64,000 nt of DNA from an uncultured Gemmatimonas sp. (GTDB lineage: Bacteria; Gemmatimonadota; Gemmatimonadetes; Gemmatimonadales; GWC2-71-9). How positions within the stretch are numbered: position 1 is the first letter of the stretch; the number at the start of each line of letters is the position of its first letter. Location: contig CAZUES010000021.1 in the NCBI GenBank assembly GCA_964619465.1, positions 2,510 through 66,509 on the forward strand, read 5' to 3'. Of this stretch, positions 36,312 to 45,026 are shown in pieces. The notes under the pieces are model-generated. The model saw only the letters and a program-made list of their open reading frames with translations. It had not been told where the DNA came from and searched no databases. The position numbers and the translations under genes were made by a program.

Positions 36312-36874
36312 CAGTAGGCTCCCGACTGGAACGCATCGACCAGGCCGTAGACGAGTTCGCGCCCGTCGGCCGAGCCCATGAAGGTGCTCGGGCGCCTGCC
36401 ACCGAGGGCGGGGACCGGGCGCTCCAGCCAGTCGGCCACCCACGTCGCGGCGTCGAAACCCTCTGGGTTGCCCGATTCCTGCACGATCAGCTCGACCTGC
36501 CCGATCACACGGGCAATGCCGATGAGGCGCTCGCTCTCGTCCTGACTGAGACGCGCCTTGTTGCGGAGCTTCCGTTCCATGGTTGCGCGCGGGACTCCCA
36601 GCGTCTGGTAAAGGTGATTGCGGGTGACTCCCATGGCGCCCGCCAGGTCACTCAGCGCGCCCGAAGGCACCCCTTCCATGACCATGCCGATCCGATGGAT
36701 CGGGTCCATCGTGTTGAGCACACTGAAGGATCGGCGGTCGCCGACGAGCCGCTCCCAAGCTGTTTCATGTGCCCGGTCGGTCATGAGAGTGCCTGAAGGT
36801 TCCGAGGGCGTGGCGACTCGCTTGGTTTTCCGACCCTGGTGCACCGGGCGATCGGACCTCGAGGATCGAGGCAT
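36308..36874 (-). CDS. Xre-like HTH / DUF2384 antitoxin (MbcA/ParS class)
   Basis: HTH text LSDLAGAMGVTRNHLYQTLGVPRATMERKL. DUF2384 block: LSQDESERLIGIARVIGQVELIV...AATWVADWLERPVPALGGRRPSTFM. The ATG at 36874 has AGGCAGGTG just upstream and fits the promoter at 36898-36932. The ATG at 36784 is an alternative start. Confidence 0.8.
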   Translation of the reverse strand: MPRSSRSDRPVHQGRKTKRVATPSEPSGTLMTDRAHETAWERLVGDRRSFSVLNTMDPIHRIGMVMEGVPSGALSDLAGAMGVTRNHLYQTLGVPRATMERKLRNKARLSQDESERLIGIARVIGQVELIVQESGNPEGFDAATWVADWLERPVPALGGRRPSTFMGSADGRELVYGLVDAFQSGAYW

Positions 36875-36897
36875 TAGCACCTGCCTGCGGTTCAAGT

Positions 36898-36932
36898 GAG
36901 ACAATTATATGTCTCCTTTGATACTCAGGCAA
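36898..36932 (-). promoter_or_regulatory. Putative sigma70-type promoter with an embedded palindromic operator for the RES/Xre operon
   Basis: The minus strand reads TTGCCT-N17-TATAAT. The -10 hexamer is the spacer of a perfect inverted repeat, GAGACA-TATAAT-TGTCTC (plus strand 36898-36915). Confidence 0.5.
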
Positions 36933-37135
36933 GAGGCAGTCAAAACGATCCAACGCCCGAACACTACGATCCGGACATCAACCGCCGATCAAGAGCCCGA
37001 CGCCGGCACCGCCGTGAAGGCAAACGTGCGCCGGATTTCCGCCATCGGCTCCCACCAGCAGGCCGTGGGCAATTCCCGCAGTTCGATTGTGGCGAACTGG
37101 GTTCCGAACGACGGCGCCTGCGGCCTGACGAGCGC

Positions 37136-38080
37136 CTACCGCCCGACGAACACGAAGCCGTGCGCACCGGCATACCGCTTTTCCCCGGCGCGGATGGCGA
37201 TCGGCAGGATGTTCTCCGAGACCGGGAGTGGGCAGGTCGCATAGGCGGTGAAGGCGCACGGCGGATTATAGGCGCGGTTGAAGTCGATCACTGTCACGCC
37301 GTGCTCGTCGGGGGCGGGAACCTGGAGGAATCGCGCGGCCTGGTAGGTCTCGGTCTTGCTCGTCGCGTCGCGGAACACCACGAACAGCCCGTCGCTCCGG
37401 CCCTGCTGCGTCGCCACCAGGTTCACGATCTGCCCACCGAGTCGGAATCGGAGCACACCAGGCGAGACGTGCTCTTCGATCTGCCCGACGATATTGGCGA
37501 CCCGCACGGTGCGCGGCTCGTCGTGGCGATCGAGGTACGCCGCAACCCGCGCCGCCGTATCGGCCGGGAAGTAGTCGAGGCCGAGAAAGCCGGTGCGGAC
37601 AGGGCTCGCGGAGTCTTTGACGCGCACGGCGAGCTTGCCGCCACGTTCGATGATGCGAAAGGTGACCGATCCCGTCTGGAGCACGGTCGGGCGGCCGCCC
37701 TTGTCCGTGGCCAGCGTCACGGTATCGACCGGCGTCGTATCACGAAAGACCGCCGCACCCGGCGCCGCCTCGAACCGAATGGTCCCGTCCGCCACGATCA
37801 GCGTGCCTAACGATCCGGGGGCATGGCCCTCCGGCAGCACGATGTCGTGCTGCACCTCGGCGCCGATGCTGAACCGGCTCCCCTCGAGCCAGTGGAGCCC
37901 GGCGAGCGTAGCCCACCCGTCCGGGCCGGCGATGGCCTCGCGGCGGTCGGCCTTCCACATGGCCAGTTCTTGCGCATAGGCCTCCGGGTCGACCGGCGGC
38001 GCCGGTTGCTCCGGAACTGGGGCCGTGCAGGCGAGGCTTGCGGCCGCAAGCGCCGCGAAGGGCAGGCGAAGGGCAGACAT
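37136..38080 (-). CDS. DUF1684 domain lipoprotein
   Basis: Lipobox AAASLACTA. The C-terminal signature FNRAYNPPCAFTAYATCPLPVSENILPIAIRAGEK is typical of DUF1684. Confidence 0.75.
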   Translation of the reverse strand: MSALRLPFAALAAASLACTAPVPEQPAPPVDPEAYAQELAMWKADRREAIAGPDGWATLAGLHWLEGSRFSIGAEVQHDIVLPEGHAPGSLGTLIVADGTIRFEAAPGAAVFRDTTPVDTVTLATDKGGRPTVLQTGSVTFRIIERGGKLAVRVKDSASPVRTGFLGLDYFPADTAARVAAYLDRHDEPRTVRVANIVGQIEEHVSPGVLRFRLGGQIVNLVATQQGRSDGLFVVFRDATSKTETYQAARFLQVPAPDEHGVTVIDFNRAYNPPCAFTAYATCPLPVSENILPIAIRAGEKRYAGAHGFVFVGR

Positions 38081-38122
38081 GATCGATTCTTTCCTCAGTA
38101 CTGACGGTTCATGGCAACAATG

Positions 38123-38155
38123 AAAAAACGCCCGTGAGCCAGGCTCACGGGCGTT
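38123..38155 (-). terminator. Rho-independent terminator (minus strand)
   Basis: The minus strand reads ACGCCCGTGAG-CCTGG-CTCACGGGCGT followed by TTTTTT (11-bp perfect stem). Confidence 0.75.
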
Positions 38156-38418
38156 GCCGAATACGATGATCCGAATCGAACGCGCTTAGGCCGGGCTCCT
38201 CGAAATGGAGGCCCGACAACACGCCATCACGGCGGCGGCAGCGCGAATACGGCTCATCGATTCAAGCTAGTCGCGTTTTTGCGGCATTGGCAAGCCCCGA
38301 TCCTGGCAGGTTGCGAATCAGCTGAGGCACCATTTTTGGCACAACAGATCCAGATGCCCCTCACATGCTACTTGAATGAGGGGCGGTAACTGGCAGTTGG
38401 ACTGGTAATTTGGGGGAG

Positions 38419-38492
38419 TGGGCGGTGAGGGGATCGAACCCCCGACCTCTGGTATGTGAGACCAGCGCTCTAACCGGCTGAGCTAACCGCCC
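38419..38492 (-). tRNA. tRNA-Val (CAC)
   Basis: The minus strand reads GGGCGGT-TA-GCTC-AGCCGGTTA-GAGC-G-CTGGT-CTCACAT-ACCAG-AGGTC-GGGGG-TTCGATC-CCCTC-ACCGCCC-A. No CCA is encoded. Confidence 0.85.
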
Positions 38493-38555
38493 GTGCGGGG
38501 GCATAGTCTAATCGCGACGAGGCCGCTCGGGCAAGCAGTATTGCCCGTGACCCCG

Positions 38556-39593
38556 TCAGATCAGGCCCCCGCGACGCAAGCGGCCGATCGCATCGTGCTC
38601 GGCGTCGTAGGTCCGAAGCACTTCGGCCGGCACCACCGTCGCCACGCCCGCCTTCGCCACCTCGAGCCCTGCGGCATAGTTGGCCAGGTACGCGGCTTCG
38701 TCGACGGTCGCGCCGGCAGCCAGCGCCACCGCCACCCAAGCGGTCACGGTATCGCCGGCTCCGGAGACGTCGAAGACCTCGCGGGCGCGGCTCGGGATAT
38801 GGCGGGGCGGAGCATTCGGACTGCTCAGCACCATGCCATCGGCTCCCAGGGTGACGAGCAGGTGATCGACGCCAAGTCGCTCGCGTGCTGCCGCCAGCGC
38901 CTCCGGTTCGACGGCGAAGTTGACCTCCGCACCAAGCGCGGCTTCGAGTTCGCGCCGGTTGGGCTTGAAGACCGTGGCCCCGCGATACTCGAAGAAATGG
39001 TGGTACTTGGGGTCGACCACGATCGGGATGGCCCGGCGCTCGGCCGCCTCGATCGCCCGGCGGATCAGGCTCGGCGTCAGCGTCCCCTTGTTGTAGTCCT
39101 CGAGGACCAGCGCGTCGGCCGAGGCGAGCAGCGCCTCCACGGCAGTCCAGACCTTTTCCGTATCGCCGGCGTCGAGCGGCCGATCCGATTCTTCATCGAT
39201 GCGTACCACCTGTTGTCCACGGGCCACTACCCGCGTTTTGGTGGTGGTCGGTCGATCGGTCACCTCGACCAGATAGCCGTCCGCCAGGTTGGAGGTAGCC
39301 AACTCGGCGCGAATCTGATTGGCGTGGTCGTCGGCGCCGACCACGCCGGTCAGCAGGGCCTGGCTGCCGATGGCGACGATGTTGGCCGCGACGTTGGCGG
39401 CGCCTCCCAGCGCCGATCGGCTGCTGCGCACCGTCACCACCGGCACCGGCGCCTCGGGTGAGAGCCGATCGGTATCGCCGATCAGATACCGGTCCAGCAT
39501 CACGTCGCCGATGACGACGACCCGACGGCCCGCCATGGCGTCGAGCAGGGCGGTGACACGGTCGCGGGGCAGCACGGGAAGGGTCGCGGTCAT
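38556..39593 (-). CDS. hldA: D-glycero-beta-D-manno-heptose-7-phosphate kinase (RfaE domain I only, PfkB family)
   Basis: RVVVIGDVMLDRYLIGDTDRLSPEAPVPVVTV, GGAANVAANI and VSGAGDTV. At 345 aa it has no adenylyltransferase domain. ATGA overlap with wzi. Confidence 0.75.
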   Translation of the reverse strand: MTATLPVLPRDRVTALLDAMAGRRVVVIGDVMLDRYLIGDTDRLSPEAPVPVVTVRSSRSALGGAANVAANIVAIGSQALLTGVVGADDHANQIRAELATSNLADGYLVEVTDRPTTTKTRVVARGQQVVRIDEESDRPLDAGDTEKVWTAVEALLASADALVLEDYNKGTLTPSLIRRAIEAAERRAIPIVVDPKYHHFFEYRGATVFKPNRRELEAALGAEVNFAVEPEALAAARERLGVDHLLVTLGADGMVLSSPNAPPRHIPSRAREVFDVSGAGDTVTAWVAVALAAGATVDEAAYLANYAAGLEVAKAGVATVVPAEVLRTYDAEHDAIGRLRRGGLI

Positions 39594-41116
39594 CGAACGG
39601 GTCCTTGGTGCGAGATGCCGATCGTCGCTTTGATCCGGGCCTCGAAGCGGTTGCGATCGAGCCCCGGCGTGTGGTCGGCGTTTCGGGTCATGAAGTACCC
39701 TCCGGTGCCGCTCAGCTGCAGGGCCCCGACGCCGCCCGATGCCGTGAGGCCCAACCGAACGGTGGTCGACGGCTGGCCGATAAACAGCTCCGGAGTGACA
39801 GGTAGCTCCGCATTGGTCGGGAACTGGGTGGTGATCCGACCCTCGCCCTGCTTGAGGAAAGTGACGTCCGGCTGGACCAGCCAACGCTCCATCACGGGAA
39901 ACGCCAGGCTGGCGCCGAGAATCAGTTGATCGGGGAAGTTGGGCCCGATCCCTACACCGCGGTCGAGGAAGCTCTGGGCCGAGTCGATGGTGCGGTAGGC
40001 CAGACTGTTGACCACGCTGAAGTGAGTCCGCAGCGATGCGGAGCTGCCGACGGCCAGGGTGGCCGCGCCGGTCACCGCCCAGCGTCCGGGATGCTTGGGC
40101 TCACCGGTGCCGTCGGGGTCGTCGTGGAGCCGCCAGCGGTCGTCGATCATGGCCTGGCCCTCGAGCAGCAGCCCGTCGACCGGGCGCCAGGCCATGTCGC
40201 CCCCGATGATGGTGTTCCGCGTGTCGGGAAGGCCGAACTGGATCGGAAACGAGAGCAGCACGAACGGATTCCGGAAGGTCGGGTCGAACGACTGATTCTC
40301 ACTGGCCAGAATGCCGGTTTCCCAGATGGCCAGGTTGAGCCGCTTGGTGAGTCGGACGTTGAGCCGGTGGGCCATGAAGTATCGCTTGTATCGCCGGTCG
40401 GTGACCGAGACCATCTCGTTGAGTTCGGTTGCCACGACGTTGAGCTGGAAGTCGCGGAACATCAGGTCGAAGCCCAGCTCGGTGCGCGGATAGGCATAGT
40501 CCGCAATCGAGAGCCCGAGCGAACCAACCGGCCCCCAGTTCCGGTTCATCTTGCCGAAGTAGAGCCGGGCGTGTTCGAACTGCGCCGAGAGATACCCTTC
40601 GATGAACCGGTAGGCCTGGTTCTTCCGGTTCTGGAAGTCTCCACCTGCCCAGTCCGGGTCGAGCTTGAGCCGGTTTTCGGCGGCGGGCCGGCTCCCGATG
40701 ACTACCGGGCCGAATCGACCCTGGACCGGCAGTTCGGCGTAGAACCGGGCTCCGCCATCGCCGGCCGGGTGCAGCAGGTCGCGCCGGGCTCGACTGAAGG
40801 CATCGAAGCCGCCCCGTACCTCGCCGCGCACCCAATTGTCCTCCTCCGGGTCGGCAAATGCCTGGGTCAGTCGCTGAGCGACTCGGCCCGAGGGCGTGGC
40901 GGGGTCGAGATCCGCCTGCTCGATCGCGTGGAGCAGATCGGAACGGCGGAACGGGCGGGACATCGGACTCGGGTCCGTAATGTCGCCACGGCCAATCAGA
41001 TACTCGGCCAGCGGCAACAGGGGGTGATCGAGCGGGATGTACGGAGATGGCCGAGGTTGCGCCATTAGGCCGGGAGCCGCGGCGGCGGCCAGCAGAAAGA
41101 TCAGGAGTGCGCGCAC
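39590..41116 (-). CDS. wzi: Capsule-assembly Wzi-family outer-membrane protein
   Basis: Signal peptide MRALLIFLLAAAAAPGLMAQ. N-terminal helical text (LLPLAEYLIGRGDI...RPFRRSDL) and a long beta-barrel-like body consistent with Caps_assemb_Wzi. The family call is from recollection, not a search. Confidence 0.6.
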   Translation of the reverse strand: MRALLIFLLAAAAAPGLMAQPRPSPYIPLDHPLLPLAEYLIGRGDITDPSPMSRPFRRSDLLHAIEQADLDPATPSGRVAQRLTQAFADPEEDNWVRGEVRGGFDAFSRARRDLLHPAGDGGARFYAELPVQGRFGPVVIGSRPAAENRLKLDPDWAGGDFQNRKNQAYRFIEGYLSAQFEHARLYFGKMNRNWGPVGSLGLSIADYAYPRTELGFDLMFRDFQLNVVATELNEMVSVTDRRYKRYFMAHRLNVRLTKRLNLAIWETGILASENQSFDPTFRNPFVLLSFPIQFGLPDTRNTIIGGDMAWRPVDGLLLEGQAMIDDRWRLHDDPDGTGEPKHPGRWAVTGAATLAVGSSASLRTHFSVVNSLAYRTIDSAQSFLDRGVGIGPNFPDQLILGASLAFPVMERWLVQPDVTFLKQGEGRITTQFPTNAELPVTPELFIGQPSTTVRLGLTASGGVGALQLSGTGGYFMTRNADHTPGLDRNRFEARIKATIGISHQGPVR

Positions 41117-41143
41117 CTCGGGAATCTACACCGGCGACCCGCT

Positions 41144-42175
41144 ATGTTTCCCGCGCTTATGAATCCACTTCGCGTCGAAGTCACCCGGGGTTCCCTGGTC
41201 GAGTCGGTGCATCATGTTTCTGTCGCGGTCGTAACGGCCGACGACCAGTTGGTTGCCGCAGCCGGCAATCCCGATCTGGTCACCTTTTGGCGATCCGCAG
41301 CCAAGCCCTTCCAAGCCATACCGCTGATCGAGGATGGCGTCGCCGAGCGGTTCGGTCTGACCGACGACGAACTGGCGCTGGCGTGCGCCTCGCACTCGAG
41401 TGAGCCTTTTCATCTCGAGGGGGTCGACCGATTCCTTGCCAAGGTCGGGGTCGAGGAACGGGATCTGGCCTGCGGGCCTCATCCGCCGTTGTCACCGGAG
41501 GTGGCCCGCGCGGTTGCCCGGGACGGCATCGTGATGACGCCCCGCTGGAGCAACTGTTCGGGCAAGCACACCGGCATGCTCGCGACGGCCAGGCATCACG
41601 ACTGGACGCTGACCGGATACGAGCGGGCGGGGCATCCGCTGCAGGACCGGTTGCTCGAGTCGGTCGCGCAATGGTCCGGGGTGGATCGCGACCAGATCGT
41701 GCTGGGCGTCGACGGGTGCACCACGGTCTGCTATGCCATGCCGCTTCGGGCCATGGCGCTGGCCTACGCCCGCTTTGCCGTGGCGGAGGATCCGGCGCCG
41801 CGCCGCCTCTACCGCGCCATGACGGAGCATCCGGAGCTGGTGGCCGGGACGCATCGGCTCTGTACCGACCTGATGCGGGCCTGGGAAGGCGCCGTGGTGG
41901 CCAAGGTCGGGGCCGAAGGTGTCTACAGCGCCGCTCTGCCGAGCTTGCGGATAGGCATCGCGATCAAAGTGATGGATGGCGACCTGCGATCGGTCGGGAT
42001 CGCGCTGATCTCGGTGCTTCGGCAGGTGCTCGAGCGGAGTCCGCGCTATGGTGCGGCTGAGGAAGCCCGCTTTGCCTCGCTGGCCACGCATGCCGAGCCG
42101 GTGGTCCGGCATACCCGCGGGGGCGTCGTGGGCGGGATCCGGGGTGCGGGCGAACTGCAGTTTTTTCGGGCCTGA
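41144..42175 (+). CDS. Asparaginase II-family (PF06089-type) protein
   Basis: VESVHHVSVAVV, RSAAKPFQAIPL and SNCSGKHTGMLA. The ATG at 41159 is an alternative start. Confidence 0.7.
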   Translation: MFPALMNPLRVEVTRGSLVESVHHVSVAVVTADDQLVAAAGNPDLVTFWRSAAKPFQAIPLIEDGVAERFGLTDDELALACASHSSEPFHLEGVDRFLAKVGVEERDLACGPHPPLSPEVARAVARDGIVMTPRWSNCSGKHTGMLATARHHDWTLTGYERAGHPLQDRLLESVAQWSGVDRDQIVLGVDGCTTVCYAMPLRAMALAYARFAVAEDPAPRRLYRAMTEHPELVAGTHRLCTDLMRAWEGAVVAKVGAEGVYSAALPSLRIGIAIKVMDGDLRSVGIALISVLRQVLERSPRYGAAEEARFASLATHAEPVVRHTRGGVVGGIRGAGELQFFRA

Positions 42176-42218
42176 TGAGCGCTGAATTGGTACGCCTTTT
42201 CTGGATCGACCGTCTATC

Positions 42219-42854
42219 ATGAGCGCGCTCGATCAGCGGACTCGCGCGTTCGTGGTGTTGTCGGCAGCGGTAGCGGTCGGCAACGAGGCGGCCCTTCGTG
42301 TCCGCGCCGAAGAGGCCGTGGCCGCCGGGGTTCCGGTGCTGTGGGGTGACGAGCTGGTGCTGCAGTCGGTCCTGATGGTGGGGTATCCGCGAGCCTTGGT
42401 TGCGGCGTCCGTCTGGCGGGCCGTCACGGGGCAACCGGCTGCCTCTCTGGAAGCGGGAGACGACTTCTCCCAGGTTCCCGACTGGGCCGAACGGGGCGAG
42501 CGGACCTGCCGGACCATCTATGGCGCCAACTATGACAAGTTGCGCCGCAACGTCCGGGCGCTGCATCCGGCGTTGGATGCGTGGATGGTCATGGAAGGGT
42601 ACGGCCGGACCTTGTCGCGGCCCGGTCTCGACCTGGCGCAGCGCGAATTGGGCGTGGTGGCGCAGGTGCTGGTGCTTGGTGCGGAGCGGCAGTTGCACTC
42701 CCACTTGCGCGGCGCCCGGCATGCCGGAGCCAGCGACGCGATGCTCGACGAGGTAATCGAACTGGCCGGTGCGCAGGCGGCGCCGGAGGCGTATCGGATG
42801 GGGCAGGCGCTGTGGCAGCGGATTCGGGGAACGCAGGAGTCGGGACAGGAATGA
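42219..42854 (+). CDS. Carboxymuconolactone decarboxylase (AhpD-like) family protein
   Basis: Two CMD-like halves: LDQRTRAFVVLSAAVAVG and LDLAQRELGVVAQVLVLGAERQLHSHLRGARHAGAS. Confidence 0.65.
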   Translation: MSALDQRTRAFVVLSAAVAVGNEAALRVRAEEAVAAGVPVLWGDELVLQSVLMVGYPRALVAASVWRAVTGQPAASLEAGDDFSQVPDWAERGERTCRTIYGANYDKLRRNVRALHPALDAWMVMEGYGRTLSRPGLDLAQRELGVVAQVLVLGAERQLHSHLRGARHAGASDAMLDEVIELAGAQAAPEAYRMGQALWQRIRGTQESGQE

Positions 42855-42855
42855 C

Positions 42856-43902
42856 ATGAATTTCGTCGATCGGGTCGAGGTCCAGGTAGCGGGGGGCGCC
42901 GGAGGGTCGGGCGTGGCCTCCTTTGCGCGTTTCAAGTTCGTGCCCAAAGGCGGGCCGGACGGCGGCGACGGCGGTCATGGCGGCAACGTCGAGGTGCGCG
43001 CCGATGCGAACCTGGCGACGCTGCTCGACTACCGCTACCGGAACCTCTGGAAGGCGCAGAACGGCCAGAACGGCAAGGGCAAGAACATGACCGGTGCTAC
43101 GGGCGATGACATCGTCCTGCCGGTACCCCCCGGGACGGTCATTCGCGATCACAAGTCGGGCGAGGTGATCGGCGAAGTGCTCCGCCACGGCGAATCGATC
43201 CGGGTAGCCCGGGGCGGAAAAGGGGGGCGGGGCAATACCCGATTTGCTACCTCGACGCACCAGGCGCCGCGTGAGTTCGAGCCGGGCCGCCCGGGCGAAG
43301 AGCGCCACCTCGAACTCGAACTCAAGCTGATTGCCGATATCGGCCTGGTGGGCGAGCCCAACGCCGGGAAAAGCACGCTGCTGTCCGTCGTGTCGGCCGC
43401 GCGTCCCAAGATTGCGGACTATCCGTTCACCACCCTCGAGCCCAATCTTGGCGTCGTCTCGATGGGCGACAGCCGGACCTTCGTGGTCGCCGATATTCCC
43501 GGCATCATCGAAGGCGCCCATGTGGGCAAGGGGCTCGGCCTGCAGTTCCTCCGCCACGTCGAACGGACCCGGGTGCTGGCGTTCATGGTTCCGCTCGACG
43601 CCGAGGATCCCCAGGCGGTCTATGACCGGCTGCGGCGCGAAATTGCGGCCTACAGCGAACCGCTCTTCCATAAACCGCACGTGGTGGTGCTCTCGAAGAG
43701 CGACCTGCATGCTCCCTATGAGCCCATGCCTGTGCTCGAGGCGCCGGACGCCGCCGGCGTCGTGGCAATTTCGGCGGCAGCCGCGCATGGTCTGGACGAA
43801 CTCAAGCGGCTCCTGTGGCAGTTGATCCAGGTGGCCAAGGCGGCAGATCCCGACCTGCAACTCCAGGTCGGTAACGAGGTGGGCGATGAGGATATCCCCT
43901 GA
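42856..43902 (+). CDS. obg: GTPase Obg/CgtA
   Basis: MNFVDRVEVQVAGGAGGSGVASFARFKFVPKGGPDGGDGGHGGNV; G1 motif GEPNAGKST; DIPG. Confidence 0.9.
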   Translation: MNFVDRVEVQVAGGAGGSGVASFARFKFVPKGGPDGGDGGHGGNVEVRADANLATLLDYRYRNLWKAQNGQNGKGKNMTGATGDDIVLPVPPGTVIRDHKSGEVIGEVLRHGESIRVARGGKGGRGNTRFATSTHQAPREFEPGRPGEERHLELELKLIADIGLVGEPNAGKSTLLSVVSAARPKIADYPFTTLEPNLGVVSMGDSRTFVVADIPGIIEGAHVGKGLGLQFLRHVERTRVLAFMVPLDAEDPQAVYDRLRREIAAYSEPLFHKPHVVVLSKSDLHAPYEPMPVLEAPDAAGVVAISAAAAHGLDELKRLLWQLIQVAKAADPDLQLQVGNEVGDEDIP

Positions 43903-44995
43903 GGAGCGCCGCGCCTATCTGGCGCTCGCGCTCGTGCCCGGGGTTGGTGCGGCACGACTCGATACACTCAGATCCGCCTGCGGATCCTGGATCGGCGCCC
44001 TCGAGGCGCCGATTGCGTTTTTACGCACCATCCCGTCGATGTCTCTTGCGGTGGCGACCGCTATTGCGCACCGCGATCGTGACACGGTCGATCGTCTGGA
44101 AGCCGCACTCCACACCTTGGGAGCCTTTCACCTGACCCCGTTCGACGCCGACTATCCGGCCTTGTTCCGACACATCGACGAGCCGCCGCCGGTGCTCTTC
44201 GGGCGCGGTCGCCGCGAGCGGCTTGCCCAGCCGTCGGTCGCGGTCGTCGGCAGCCGGCATCCCACGTCGTATGGCGTCGAGGTCACGGCCGCGCTGGCTG
44301 CCGGTCTGTCGCAGGCCGGGATCGTGGTGGTGAGCGGGATGGCGCGAGGGCTGGACGCGGTGGCCCATTGGGCCGCGGTTCGGAACGACGGTCTCACCGT
44401 CGGAATCCTGGGCAATGGGCTTGGCGTGATCTATCCGGCCGCCAATGCGGCGCTGTACCAGCGGGTGGGAGACGAGGGCTTACTCCTGACGGAGTTCCCC
44501 CCGGGAGAGCGGCCGCACGCCGGGTCGTTCCCTCGCCGGAATCGCCTGATCAGCGGACTGGCTCGCGTCACGGTCGTGGTGGAGGCCGCCGAGCGGTCCG
44601 GCACCCTGCGGACCGCGTCTGCTGCGCTCGATCAGGGACGCGAAGTCCTGGCGGTGCCCGGGCCGATTACCAGCCGCACCAGTGTGGGGACCAATCAGTT
44701 GCTGCGCTCTTCCGGGGCTGCTCCCTATCTGCAACTCGACGACGTGCTGGCGTTCTTCCCCGGGGTGGGCGTGTCTGCCTTGCCCGCTGGCGGTGGCGCC
44801 TCATTGGCCGGCGCCGCCGCGCTGCGCGACGATCTTCGTCTGGTATTCGACGCGCTCGATGGCGCGGTGCGAACGGTCGACGGCCTGGCTGACGAACTTC
44901 GGCTCGAGCCGGCGACGGTGCTCCGCGCGGTGTCGGAACTGGAGATCGTCGGCCTGGCCGAAGGCGGGGCAGGAGGGTTCCGCCGAGCCCGGTAG
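43886..44995 (+). CDS. dprA: DNA-processing protein DprA
   Basis: VAVVGSRHPTSYG, VSGMARGLDAVAH and FPRRNRLISGLA. Overlaps the obg 3' end by 17 nt. Confidence 0.85.
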   Translation: MRISPEERRAYLALALVPGVGAARLDTLRSACGSWIGALEAPIAFLRTIPSMSLAVATAIAHRDRDTVDRLEAALHTLGAFHLTPFDADYPALFRHIDEPPPVLFGRGRRERLAQPSVAVVGSRHPTSYGVEVTAALAAGLSQAGIVVVSGMARGLDAVAHWAAVRNDGLTVGILGNGLGVIYPAANAALYQRVGDEGLLLTEFPPGERPHAGSFPRRNRLISGLARVTVVVEAAERSGTLRTASAALDQGREVLAVPGPITSRTSVGTNQLLRSSGAAPYLQLDDVLAFFPGVGVSALPAGGGASLAGAAALRDDLRLVFDALDGAVRTVDGLADELRLEPATVLRAVSELEIVGLAEGGAGGFRRAR

Positions 44996-45026
44996 TGTTG
45001 CGGCCCTGAGTCCGACATGTTTCGGC

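Noticed and set aside
36875-36905. A possible CIRCE element (TTAGCACC...GTGAGACAA).
   Set aside because: Only the left half resembles TTAGCACTC. The spacing and the right half do not fit, and the site lies in the toxin-antitoxin promoter, far from the chaperone genes.
38186-38257. The 23-codon micro-ORF, considered as an annotated CDS.
   Set aside because: It is too short, lacks a Shine-Dalgarno sequence and has no supporting homology. It is mentioned only as a possibility within the tRNA-Val trailer finding.
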